This document shows positions 53,843 to 62,306 of a stretch of DNA of 64,000 bases, piece by piece. Position numbers and translations under genes: made by a program. Below the pieces are notes generated by a model that saw only the letters and a list, made by a program, of their open reading frames with translations, had not been told where the DNA came from and made no database searches. The stretch's first letter is position 1. Every line of letters begins with the position of its first letter. The stretch is from an uncultured bacterium. GTDB lineage: Bacteria; Chlamydiota; Chlamydiia; Chlamydiales; FEN-1388. The stretch is from positions 157,520 through 221,519 of the forward strand of contig CAYPCN010000001.1 in assembly GCA_964409235.1 (NCBI GenBank), read 5' to 3'.

Positions 53843-54656
53843 GGGGATTGTCCATGTCTAAAAGAGTGCTGATAGTATCAAATGTCCCTGCAAACTGTAT
53901 CGAGACAATTCCTGAAATCAGCTGCTGAGCAGCGCCTAGCGTTGGGCGAAAGCGTAGACATTGTATCAGATGGAGGGCAACACCTTGAAGGCGTTTGTCC
54001 GTCAGCTCTCGCACACATGTTGCTCGAGCAATTTCTCCTGTGGATGGCATGACCTCGACTTTGAATTCTACCCGAGGGTGTGTTTCAGAGAATAAGGGGG
54101 TGCAAAATACCGTTTCAAAGGACGCCTTGCAAAATACCTGAGAGCCATCTTCAATCAGCTCGAGGGTGCGCAGAGCGTCGTGCAGCGTGACCGTTAATGG
54201 GTAGACCCTCGATAGATGGCGGGAAGGGCTGAGCTCATCAGAGAAGCTCCACGGGAGCGTATAGATAGGGAGCACCTCCCTCTTCTGAGGTTGTGAAGAA
54301 TGGCTGATGGAAAAATTCGCAGCATAGTCGCTCTTCACGGCGAAAAGCGCCGTGCTGAGCGAGGAGTGCGACAGATGCAGTTCTCGTGCAACACGAACGC
54401 GGGGGTCCTCATCGATGGATCGCATATCAGCAAGCACGGCAACGGCGCTCTCCTCACTGTCCAAGAAGACCGTGGGCGTGGGAGTTTTGAGAGGGATTTC
54501 GATGAGGGCGATGCGAATGTGGAAGACGACTACCATGAGGCCGTGGATGAGAATGGAATAGAGCAAGGCACGCATGAAGAGGCGCTTAGAAGGTGCTGTC
54601 TTCTGTCGCCATACGATAGAAACAGTATGTGATGGATGGCGCTTGAGACGAAGCAT
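53835..54656 (-). CDS. TonB/TolA-like energy-transducer candidate (membrane-anchored)
   Basis: The N-terminal anchor ALLYSILIHGLMVVVF has the S..H pattern seen in TonB/TolA anchors. It lies directly downstream of the exbB/exbD-like genes. I recognised no C-terminal motif. Confidence 0.4.
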   Translation of the reverse strand: MLRLKRHPSHTVSIVWRQKTAPSKRLFMRALLYSILIHGLMVVVFHIRIALIEIPLKTPTPTVFLDSEESAVAVLADMRSIDEDPRVRVARELHLSHSSLSTALFAVKSDYAANFSISHSSQPQKREVLPIYTLPWSFSDELSPSRHLSRVYPLTVTLHDALRTLELIEDGSQVFCKASFETVFCTPLFSETHPRVEFKVEVMPSTGEIARATCVRELTDKRLQGVALHLIQCLRFRPTLGAAQQLISGIVSIQFAGTFDTISTLLDMDNPHD

Positions 54657-54657
54657 G

Positions 54658-55113
54658 TCACGCGACCCCAGTGCCAGAGTGTTCTTTACTCTCTTCGGTT
54701 CGGTATGCCAAACGGACTCGTGGCGCAGCTTTTACAACTTCTGAGAAGAGCCGCAGGAACATCTCATAATCTACTCGTCGGTCGATACTTAGGACGACGG
54801 TGGGCAGGGTATTATGATGCGCCTGTTGCCAGTTTGTGATGTGACGTTGGAGGACGTCTCGTACCGACATCAAGTCGACAATTTCTTTTCGAGAGCCGAC
54901 ATAAATGACCTGGTCCTTATCGACGATGACAGCAAGCTGAGAAAGCTTGGCTTCATCGGCACTGGAGATTTGAGGGTTTTGAATCATCAGCGATTTCAAC
55001 GGCAGCGTGTCGGAGGTGATCAAGAAAAAAATAAGCATCAAAAAGATCACGTCGACTAATGGCGTTAAGTCAATGAGGTTGAAGCATGGCTTAAGACGTG
55101 TAGCACATTTCAT
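54658..55113 (-). CDS. Biopolymer transport protein ExbD/TolR
   Basis: The 151-aa product has the N-terminal pattern INLTPLVDVIFLMLIFFLI, typical of ExbD/TolR. Confidence 0.85.
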   Translation of the reverse strand: MKCATRLKPCFNLIDLTPLVDVIFLMLIFFLITSDTLPLKSLMIQNPQISSADEAKLSQLAVIVDKDQVIYVGSRKEIVDLMSVRDVLQRHITNWQQAHHNTLPTVVLSIDRRVDYEMFLRLFSEVVKAAPRVRLAYRTEESKEHSGTGVA

Positions 55114-55778
55114 GATCTGGCGTTGCTGCCTCTTGCAGGGAAGGTGAGAAGATCGATGACCTCGGCGGCGGTCGCTTGAATCTCAACGGTGATTCCCTCA
55201 ATGCGGCTGACGATATAGTTGTAGGCGAGGACAGCGGGAATGGCGACGACGAGACCCGCAGCCGTCGTGACCAATGCATATTCCATGGCCGCTCCGATCT
55301 GCGTAGAAGAGATTTCGACGAGGCTGCTCATCCTCATCTCCCCAAACGCCCTGATGAAGCCAAGGACAGTTCCAAGGAGGCCGATCAGAGGCGCAATGTG
55401 GGCGATGATGGAGAGGACCCGAGCGTTTTTCTCCATTTTCGCCACTTCGATCATTCCGCGGAGCTCCATGGCCTGTTCGATGTAGTCCTGACCTCGTTCG
55501 TGTTGTGAGATCCCAGCTCGGATGATGTTGGATACAGCTCCGGGCCGCTTTTCACAAAGGGCAACAGCTTCAGCGATGTCACCGCGTTCGATCGTGCTCC
55601 GAAGCTCAATGAGGAGAGCGTCGGTATCGATATCGACTTTACCGAGGTACATGAGTCTCTCGATAAAAATGGCGATGCCAATGAGAGAACAGAGGCCAAT
55701 GACCACAAGGACCAGGTTGCACTGAGCAATCCACTCTCCAAGGATCGAAAACAGATTCCATGAGCTAGTTGGTTCCAT
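55110..55778 (-). CDS. MotA/TolQ/ExbB proton-channel protein
   Basis: It has three TM segments, and the conserved C-terminal half reads IAPLIGLLGTVLGFIRAF...AMEYALVTTAAGLVVAIPAVLAYN. Confidence 0.9.
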   Translation of the reverse strand: MEPTSSWNLFSILGEWIAQCNLVLVVIGLCSLIGIAIFIERLMYLGKVDIDTDALLIELRSTIERGDIAEAVALCEKRPGAVSNIIRAGISQHERGQDYIEQAMELRGMIEVAKMEKNARVLSIIAHIAPLIGLLGTVLGFIRAFGEMRMSSLVEISSTQIGAAMEYALVTTAAGLVVAIPAVLAYNYIVSRIEGITVEIQATAAEVIDLLTFPARGSNARS

Positions 55779-58650
55779 ACAGTTCTCGTAGTTTGCGATC
55801 CGCCACAGCCCCCCATTCCCCCCCTTTCGCGGCGACAGATTCTAGCTGGCGTACGGCGAGATCTGTTCGATGCAACGAAAGATATAGATCAGCTCGTAAG
55901 ATCATGGCCTTGACCCGAAGAGAAGAGGCATACGGTCCATTGATCACCCAGGCAAGCAGGGCCATGGCCTTGTCAGGGCGGTGCAACTCTCGTAAGCATA
56001 GGCTTTTTTCCATTGCGATTTCAAGGGAGACCTCGACATCTTCGCACATCGCTCGTTCCTGAAGATGAGAGAGAAGCTCCATCGCTTCTGCGGATTTATT
56101 TGACTCCCGAAGTATTTTGGCCAGATACAACACGGACCGAACCCCGTGGCGGGAGGCATACCACGACTCAGGGAACTCCTTGGCCTTTGATATCGCTAAA
56201 GGTATGTTTCGGCGAAATGTCTCGGCATAGAGGTCCGCCGTCAGAGAAGAGCATAGAGACGTATGGACAAACGCGGGGCTAATGACTTGGCTGTCAGGAG
56301 GGATGGTGGCCTGAAAGTCCGATAGATCCTTGCGCAAGGTATACGCGGCCTCTTCGAGCAGAGAGGGCAGCTCGTTGAATGCTGAATCAGTCGTAATATA
56401 TCGTTCGAAGAGCTCAATCTGCTCGTGCTCAATGGCGAAGATCAGCCCCCAGGCGACACACAGTGCCTCGGGATCGCTAAGAGTCTCTAAGCTTTCAAGC
56501 GCATAGGATCGGCATGCAAGGAAGGCCTTTGCAGCGCTTTCGACGCGCTCTTTAATCACACTCGGCTCTTTGGATTTATATGCTTCGACGACGAGATTGC
56601 GAGCTTCGGACCTGGCGATAAGGGCAAGACCAAAGGGGGGGATGGCATTTTTCTGGTCAAGAGGCAGCTGCTGCCGAGTTTCAAAGAGATGGAGCATGAG
56701 CATGAGCGTATGAACGTCGTGTTGCTCTCTGTCAAAGAGATGCTGGATGAGCATGATCCTTTCATCGGCCAACGTTGGGACTTCATCGAACGCAAAGATG
56801 CACGAGAGCATCGCCTGGGGCAGAGGAGGATATGAAGGATACCCTGTCATGAGGTCGCGGAGGAGCTCATCAGCTTCAGCCCATTGACCGGTATGGAGGG
56901 CTAGGTCGATCAGGCAGTGCATCAGCTGGGGATGTGTATCTTCAAGCCCGGGTGTGGTGAGGCATTCGTGTAATGAAGATAACGCCTGCTCAGAGGAGAG
57001 TTCGTCCGCCATGGCTTGCTGATAGAGCGATAGAGCTGCGACATAGCGGGCACAAGGGGCGATAGGGCCGTCGTCGCCCTCTTCAGATGGCAGATCTAAT
57101 CCCGAGGATCGCATCTCTGGTATTCCCAGCCATGTGGCAAACATGCGGTCGCACAGAGAAAGGGCCTCTAGATTGCACAGCCCTTCTTGAGGAGGAGCTG
57201 CTGTGTGAGCAGCACGCAAAATAGTAAAGAACGCCTGGTTGTAAGGCCTCTCAGAGGCAGCGACCTTTGTCAGAATATTTTGGACGGAGATGAGTGCAGA
57301 GGTGTCTTGTGTCAGTCGAAAGATCAGGAGGTGAAACGCTCCAACTCTCAGGAGCGTCTCTGGATGCGATGATAAGGCACAGAGAGGAACGAGCTGGCGA
57401 GCCATCTGCAGAGCGCAGAGCGGTTGATTGGAGATGGCTAACAGCACCATTCGCTCAAAGCCGCAGTTCGCCAGAAGGTGGTATGCCGCCTCGCGCCACG
57501 GAGCGTCAAAAGCCGTTGCTGGCTTGGAAAGGCCGACGATGAGTTCCTGCATGGCCACGGGGAGGTTATGTTCGAGGGCGGCATGAAACCCTTGGAGGAT
57601 ATGGAAAATATTGTCGCTGCTTTTGATGTTGTCGCGCAGTACGGTCACGCATTCCGATAGGAGTGCGGAGGAATGTACCTGCAGAGCCTCGTGGGCTTTC
57701 CATAATAGGAGGGCTGGCGTGGGAGTAGTGTCTTCGTTGATGGGGGAGCACCACAAGTGACGATCAAGAACAGGGCGTTTGAAATAGGGAGAAGAGAAGT
57801 ATTGGTGGAACCATTGGTAGGCTGCTGCGCTATTGCGGAGGTTGTGATGAGCGGACGCAATGAGAAAGAGCCTACGCGTCACCAGTGGCTGGTCGGCAGG
57901 ATTGAGACAGAGCATGTCATCCCACGTGGTGAGCAAGGAGATGACCTCGTGGAAATTGCCAAGGCAAAAATGTACCTCTGCAATGCGCAGAAGAAGTTTT
58001 TGGCGAATTTTCTTCTTTTCGAGTGAAGAGGACTGAAAAGGAATGCGTTGCTGCTGCAGCGCAGCCGTGACTGTTTGGTACAGAGAGAGAGCCTCTTCCC
58101 ATTTTCCCGTTTCTGTCAGATGATTCCCTTGACGGAGCAGACAGCTCACATATTCATCTCGGAATCTCAAGATATCGGCGAGAGCATTTTTTTCTTCGAG
58201 AGAGAGGTGGGAGCAGGACGATTTGATCATTTTTGCCAGGAGGTGGTCTGCTTCGGCAAATCGATGTTGTTGCACAAAGGACCTGGCCAGTGCTGTCTTC
58301 AACGGTACCTGGAAGCGATGTAACGCATCCTTTTTGGCATAGGAAAGCAGCAGATGCTCCTGTTCTTTGTACTTTTCTAGTCGTTCCAAGCCCTTTGACA
58401 GAAGCAGCAGGATTTGGACCTGGGCTTGTGGTTCTAGCCGATGAAATGAAGACTCCTTGAGGATTGCCTTCAGGCTGTCTACAGCCGATTTCAGGGCTTT
58501 TTCGTCATGACCTTCGATCGCCTCTTTCGCTTGGAGAGCCGTTCTAATGGCTCGTGACGACAGCATAGGCCCTTCTGCCTTGAGTAGTATAGTGAAAACA
58601 AGGCAGAGAAAGCAGGCGATGGAACATACACAAATTGCAGAACGTGTCAT
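55765..58650 (-). CDS. Large TPR/helical-repeat protein with an N-terminal signal/anchor, first gene of the Tol/Exb-like operon
   Basis: The roughly 960-aa all-helical repeat protein overlaps the tolQ-like start by 14 nt. I prefer the Met at 58650 (MTRSAICVCSIACFLCLVFTILLKA, signal-like). The longest ORF (start 58836) would overlap the hctA start. Confidence 0.7.
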   Translation of the reverse strand: MTRSAICVCSIACFLCLVFTILLKAEGPMLSSRAIRTALQAKEAIEGHDEKALKSAVDSLKAILKESSFHRLEPQAQVQILLLLSKGLERLEKYKEQEHLLLSYAKKDALHRFQVPLKTALARSFVQQHRFAEADHLLAKMIKSSCSHLSLEEKNALADILRFRDEYVSCLLRQGNHLTETGKWEEALSLYQTVTAALQQQRIPFQSSSLEKKKIRQKLLLRIAEVHFCLGNFHEVISLLTTWDDMLCLNPADQPLVTRRLFLIASAHHNLRNSAAAYQWFHQYFSSPYFKRPVLDRHLWCSPINEDTTPTPALLLWKAHEALQVHSSALLSECVTVLRDNIKSSDNIFHILQGFHAALEHNLPVAMQELIVGLSKPATAFDAPWREAAYHLLANCGFERMVLLAISNQPLCALQMARQLVPLCALSSHPETLLRVGAFHLLIFRLTQDTSALISVQNILTKVAASERPYNQAFFTILRAAHTAAPPQEGLCNLEALSLCDRMFATWLGIPEMRSSGLDLPSEEGDDGPIAPCARYVAALSLYQQAMADELSSEQALSSLHECLTTPGLEDTHPQLMHCLIDLALHTGQWAEADELLRDLMTGYPSYPPLPQAMLSCIFAFDEVPTLADERIMLIQHLFDREQHDVHTLMLMLHLFETRQQLPLDQKNAIPPFGLALIARSEARNLVVEAYKSKEPSVIKERVESAAKAFLACRSYALESLETLSDPEALCVAWGLIFAIEHEQIELFERYITTDSAFNELPSLLEEAAYTLRKDLSDFQATIPPDSQVISPAFVHTSLCSSLTADLYAETFRRNIPLAISKAKEFPESWYASRHGVRSVLYLAKILRESNKSAEAMELLSHLQERAMCEDVEVSLEIAMEKSLCLRELHRPDKAMALLAWVINGPYASSLRVKAMILRADLYLSLHRTDLAVRQLESVAAKGGEWGAVADRKLRELYGTN

Positions 58651-58824
58651 GGCCTCACTCACGAGATTTTTGATGATACGGTCTGATCCACCATCTTGGC
58701 AAGCGGTCTGCACACCTACCTCAGATCGAAAATTCGCGAAAAAAGTTGAAAAATCTGTTGCAGAATATAGCGAACGTTGACTAACAATCAGATACAGATC
58801 CAAAAACATAGAAGGAGACTCTGT

Positions 58825-59097
58825 ATGTCCTTTCAAGACACCATCAAGGAGATTCGCTCATTGCTCGCAGGGCTGACGATCGATATTGAGAAAGCAGCCA
58901 ATGGGAACAAAGCTGCTTCTCAACGCGTCCGAACGGGCACAATCAAACTCGAAAAGGCTGCCAAACGATATCGCAAAGAGTCGATTAAAGCTGAAAAGTC
59001 GGGAAGCTTCAAAAAGCCCTCAGCGAAAAAGGCTTCAAAAGCAAAGCCAGCCAAAAAAGCAAAAGTGGCTCCAAAACACTCAGGGAAAAGACGCTAG
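58825..59097 (+). CDS. hctA: Chlamydial histone H1-like nucleoid protein Hc1
   Basis: GNKAASQRVRTGTIKLEKAAKRYRKESIKAEK closely matches the Hc1 core I recall (GNKAAAQRVRTESIKLEKIAKVYRKESIKAEK). It has a Lys/Ala-rich tail and a GAAGGAG SD upstream of the ATG at 58825. Confidence 0.9.
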   Translation: MSFQDTIKEIRSLLAGLTIDIEKAANGNKAASQRVRTGTIKLEKAAKRYRKESIKAEKSGSFKKPSAKKASKAKPAKKAKVAPKHSGKRR

Positions 59098-59158
59098 TCT
59101 GTGACAGGAGTGCTCTTTTGTTCCCCTAGCATAGGGGCCATGTAAGGAAAAGAGCTTT

Positions 59159-59323
59159 GAGCCATTTGTGATGTGGATTTTCAGAGGGAGGATGAAGATT
59201 TTTCGATTGGTTTTTCCCAGCCTGACGAACCTCATATTCTCTGAGGTATGTGGGAGGGATGGGTTGGGAAGCACCGGTCAAGAAGATTCATCTTTTTCTT
59301 AAAAGGCGCATTGCAAATGGCTT
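59159..59323 (+). repeat. Dispersed intergenic repeat, copy C (between hctA and the rumA-like gene)
   Basis: gagccatttgtgatgtggattttcagagggagg is followed by the 3' arm aaaaggcgcattgcaaatggctt. The arms can form 17 contiguous pairs, about five of them G-U wobbles, with a loop of about 126 nt. Confidence 0.7.
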
Positions 59324-59346
59324 TGTTGTTGTAAACGGATGCCTGT

Positions 59347-60759
59347 ATGACGCCACTGCACATTACCGACTGGGATGCGAGAGGACGAGGCGTTGGCGAA
59401 TATCTTCGCCACGATGGTCGGTGCGTCCAAGTGGCTGCCCCAGGATCTATCGTCGGCGAAACCATTGAGGTCCTCTCCCTTTCGAAAAATGCAAAAGGTC
59501 GTCCTAAATGGGTAGCGCGTGAGTTCTCTCTATCGGCGCCATCACCGCATCGGACGACACCTCGTTGTCCTCATGTTGGTGAGTGCGGAGGATGCGCCTG
59601 GCAGCACATGGTATATGCGCAGCAGTTGGCAGAGAAGCACGACATGGTGCGCCGCCTTTTTGCGCCCATGTGCGCCACTCGCCCTATCATCGGCTGCGAT
59701 GAGCCATGGTACTATCGCAACAAGATGGAATTCTCCTTTTCACAAGACTTGGAGGGGCATCGCTTTCTCGGTCTGTTTCATGCCAATCGTCGGCGCTGCG
59801 TACTCGACCTTGACGTGTGCTTGTTGGCTGGGAACTGGATGGTGCCGACCTTGCATGCTATTAGAGAGTGGTGGCATGCTTCTTCTTTGACGGCGTACCG
59901 TCCATCGTCAAATAGTGGGTCTCTCATCTGTGTGACGATGCGAGAGAGCGCGACGCTAGGCGATAGAATGGTCATTCTCACGGTATCGGGAAATCCTGAC
60001 TATGCCTTGAAGAGGCGTCAGCTGAATGATTTCGTGGCGGCGGTTCGCGCAGCGGCGATGCCAGCACATGGAGAGCTCTCCGTGGTCCTCCGCATCCGGC
60101 AAATTGCCAAAAACATGCCAACGCAGATATACGAGATGATGCTTGCAGGTCCAGACCATATCAGAGAGCGACTCGATGTGCAGACGCAACCAGGGACGAC
60201 GCGCTCTCTGGAGTTTCACATCAGTCCCCAAGCGTTTTTTCAGCCAAACACGCTGCAGGCCATTCAGATCTACTCTCAAGCGTTGCAAATGGCGGATATC
60301 GATTCGAATGACGTCGTGTTTGATCTGTACTGTGGCATTGGCGTTTTTGGCATGTTTGCCGCGTTGGAAGGACGTGCCGCCGTTGGCATCGAGCTCTCGA
60401 GAGATTCTGCCTATGATGCCAAGACTAATGCTCAGCGACTTGGAATTGCCAACTATGCTATTCACTGTGGCGACGTGGCGGCAGTGGTCGCCCAGATGAA
60501 GAAAGAGGGATCTTTTGAGCGGCCATCGACGGTCATTGTCGACCCTCCTCGAGCTGGGTTGATGCCGCAGGCGATTGATGAGATCGTCTCGTTAGAGCCC
60601 TCGACAATTGCGTATGTTTCATGCAATCCTCATACGCAGGTGAAGGATGCGGTACAGCTCATGGAACGAGGCTGGACTCCCGCTATAGCCCAGCCTGTCG
60701 ATCAATTTCCGCATACCATGCACGTGGAAAATATTCTCCTGCTGACGCGAGGGGTGTGA
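59347..60759 (+). CDS. 23S rRNA (uracil-C5)-methyltransferase, RumA/RlmD family (TRAM + 4Fe-4S + SAM methyltransferase)
   Basis: The cluster motif is CPHVGECGGCAWQH. The SAM motif is VFDLYCGIGVFG, followed by the C-terminal DPPRAG and YVSCNP. Confidence 0.85.
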   Translation: MTPLHITDWDARGRGVGEYLRHDGRCVQVAAPGSIVGETIEVLSLSKNAKGRPKWVAREFSLSAPSPHRTTPRCPHVGECGGCAWQHMVYAQQLAEKHDMVRRLFAPMCATRPIIGCDEPWYYRNKMEFSFSQDLEGHRFLGLFHANRRRCVLDLDVCLLAGNWMVPTLHAIREWWHASSLTAYRPSSNSGSLICVTMRESATLGDRMVILTVSGNPDYALKRRQLNDFVAAVRAAAMPAHGELSVVLRIRQIAKNMPTQIYEMMLAGPDHIRERLDVQTQPGTTRSLEFHISPQAFFQPNTLQAIQIYSQALQMADIDSNDVVFDLYCGIGVFGMFAALEGRAAVGIELSRDSAYDAKTNAQRLGIANYAIHCGDVAAVVAQMKKEGSFERPSTVIVDPPRAGLMPQAIDEIVSLEPSTIAYVSCNPHTQVKDAVQLMERGWTPAIAQPVDQFPHTMHVENILLLTRGV

Positions 60760-60770
60760 GCATCTATTCT

Positions 60771-61880
60771 ATGTCTGGTCTCAGATTCTCTGTCCATACA
60801 CGATCTCAGAGTTCAAAAGCTCGTCTTGGCCTCCTTGAGACAGCCCATGGATCGATACAAACGCCTATGTTTATGCCTGTCGGCACCCGAGGTACTGTCA
60901 AAACGTTGACAGAGCGAGAGGTGAAAGAAGTCGGGGCACAGATCATCCTTGGGAACACCTATCATCTGATGCTCCGGCCAGGGGCGGCGCTTATTGAGCG
61001 GGCAGGAGGGCTACACTCGTTCATAGGGTGGGATCGCCCTATTCTGACCGATTCTGGAGGATTTCAAGTATACTCCCTCGCCCGTCTTCGAAAGATGACG
61101 GACGAGGGAGTCCATTTCAAATCGCACATCGACGGAGCGAGCTATTTCTTAGGGCCTAAGGAGAGCATGGCGATTCAGAAGTCGCTTGGTGCGGATATCG
61201 TCATGTGTTTTGACGAGTGTCCTCCGAGCGATGCTCCGATGGAAAAGATTGAAGAGGCTGTCGCGCGAACAGTGGCATGGGCGGAAGTGTGCCGTGATAT
61301 GCCTCTGGGCGACCATCAATCTCTTTTTGGCATAGTTCAGGGTGGGGTCATTCCAGAGCTACGCCAATCGTGTGCTGAAGCGATGTGTCGGTTTGATTTT
61401 GCAGGGTATGCTATTGGTGGGCTGTCAGTGGGCGAGAGCGCGGCCGAGATGTATGCGACGATAGAGGCTACAGAGCCGTTTCTCCCTGCTGAGAAGCCTC
61501 GCTATTTAATGGGTGTTGGCACTCCGCGGAACCTTTTGGAAGGCGTTCTTCGTGGGATAGATTTGTTTGACTGCGTGATGCCGACGAGGAATGCCCGCCG
61601 GGGGACGGCCTTTACATGGCAGGGGAAAATCTCAATAAAGTCAGCGAGGTATGCAGAGGATTTTTCTCCTTTGGACCCAGAGCTCCATTCCTATCCTTCC
61701 CGGTTTTCAAAGGCGTATATCCGGCATCTTTTCAATGTGAATGAGATGACGGGGATGGCCTTGGTGTCGATGCAGAACCTGGCTTTCTATCTCGATTTCA
61801 TGCGCCAGCTCCGAGAGTCGATTGCTACCGATACCCTTGACGCTTTTCAAAAGAAGGTAGATGCTTGTTATCCTGAATAA
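60771..61880 (+). CDS. tgt: tRNA-guanine transglycosylase (Tgt), with the zinc-site ligands substituted
   Basis: TPMFMPVGTRGTVK, ILTDSGGFQV, FDECPP, GYAIGGLSVGE, YLMGVGTP and DLFDCVMPTRNAR are all present. The CxCxxC...H zinc site reads L-x-S-x-x-S...Q. I chose the ATG at 60771. Confidence 0.93.
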   Translation: MSGLRFSVHTRSQSSKARLGLLETAHGSIQTPMFMPVGTRGTVKTLTEREVKEVGAQIILGNTYHLMLRPGAALIERAGGLHSFIGWDRPILTDSGGFQVYSLARLRKMTDEGVHFKSHIDGASYFLGPKESMAIQKSLGADIVMCFDECPPSDAPMEKIEEAVARTVAWAEVCRDMPLGDHQSLFGIVQGGVIPELRQSCAEAMCRFDFAGYAIGGLSVGESAAEMYATIEATEPFLPAEKPRYLMGVGTPRNLLEGVLRGIDLFDCVMPTRNARRGTAFTWQGKISIKSARYAEDFSPLDPELHSYPSRFSKAYIRHLFNVNEMTGMALVSMQNLAFYLDFMRQLRESIATDTLDAFQKKVDACYPE

Positions 61881-61946
61881 CTCACTCGTACTATGGGTTC
61901 TCTGAGCACGTACGATGAGTGAATAACACTTTTTCTTGAGGTACCA

Positions 61947-62303
61947 ATGTTTCTATTGCTGGCTGATAGTCCCCCGCCACAAGCTCCAATTCCTGATGGA
62001 GGGATCGAGCAAACCTTTGTCATGATTGGAATAGCGGTGCTCTTCTTTTACTTTATCTTGTGGCGTCCAGAATCAAAGCGGCGTAAACAAATGGAGGCGA
62101 AGCGCCAGGGGCTTAAGAAAGGCGATCGCGTCGTCGTTGCTGGCGGCATTCTCGGCGAAGTTTTCAAAGTACAGACAGACACATTGATTCTTCGCCTGGC
62201 AGACGGCGCTAAGATGGAAGTGCTAAAAGTGGCGATTCAAGATGTGCAGCCAGCGTCTGAGAGTGCCGAGAAGAGCGAGCCTTCAGTGCCTCCACAGGCG
62301 TAA
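61947..62303 (+). CDS. yajC: Preprotein translocase subunit YajC
   Basis: It has a single TM followed by RPESKRRKQMEAKRQGLKKGDRVVVAGGILGEV. The conserved tgt-yajC adjacency also fits. Confidence 0.85.
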   Translation: MFLLLADSPPPQAPIPDGGIEQTFVMIGIAVLFFYFILWRPESKRRKQMEAKRQGLKKGDRVVVAGGILGEVFKVQTDTLILRLADGAKMEVLKVAIQDVQPASESAEKSEPSVPPQA

Positions 62304-62306
62304 CAC

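Noticed and set aside
58651-58824. Attempt to define the hctA promoter (TTGAAA/TATAGC or TTGACT/CCAAAA candidates)
   Set aside because: The spacer lengths or the -10 hexamers are poor for every candidate, so I cannot support a specific promoter call from sequence alone.
59123-59137. The hairpin CCCCTA-GCA-TAGGGG just after hctA, considered as a terminator
   Set aside because: The stem is only 6 bp with a 3-nt loop, and no T-run follows. It is too weak to call.
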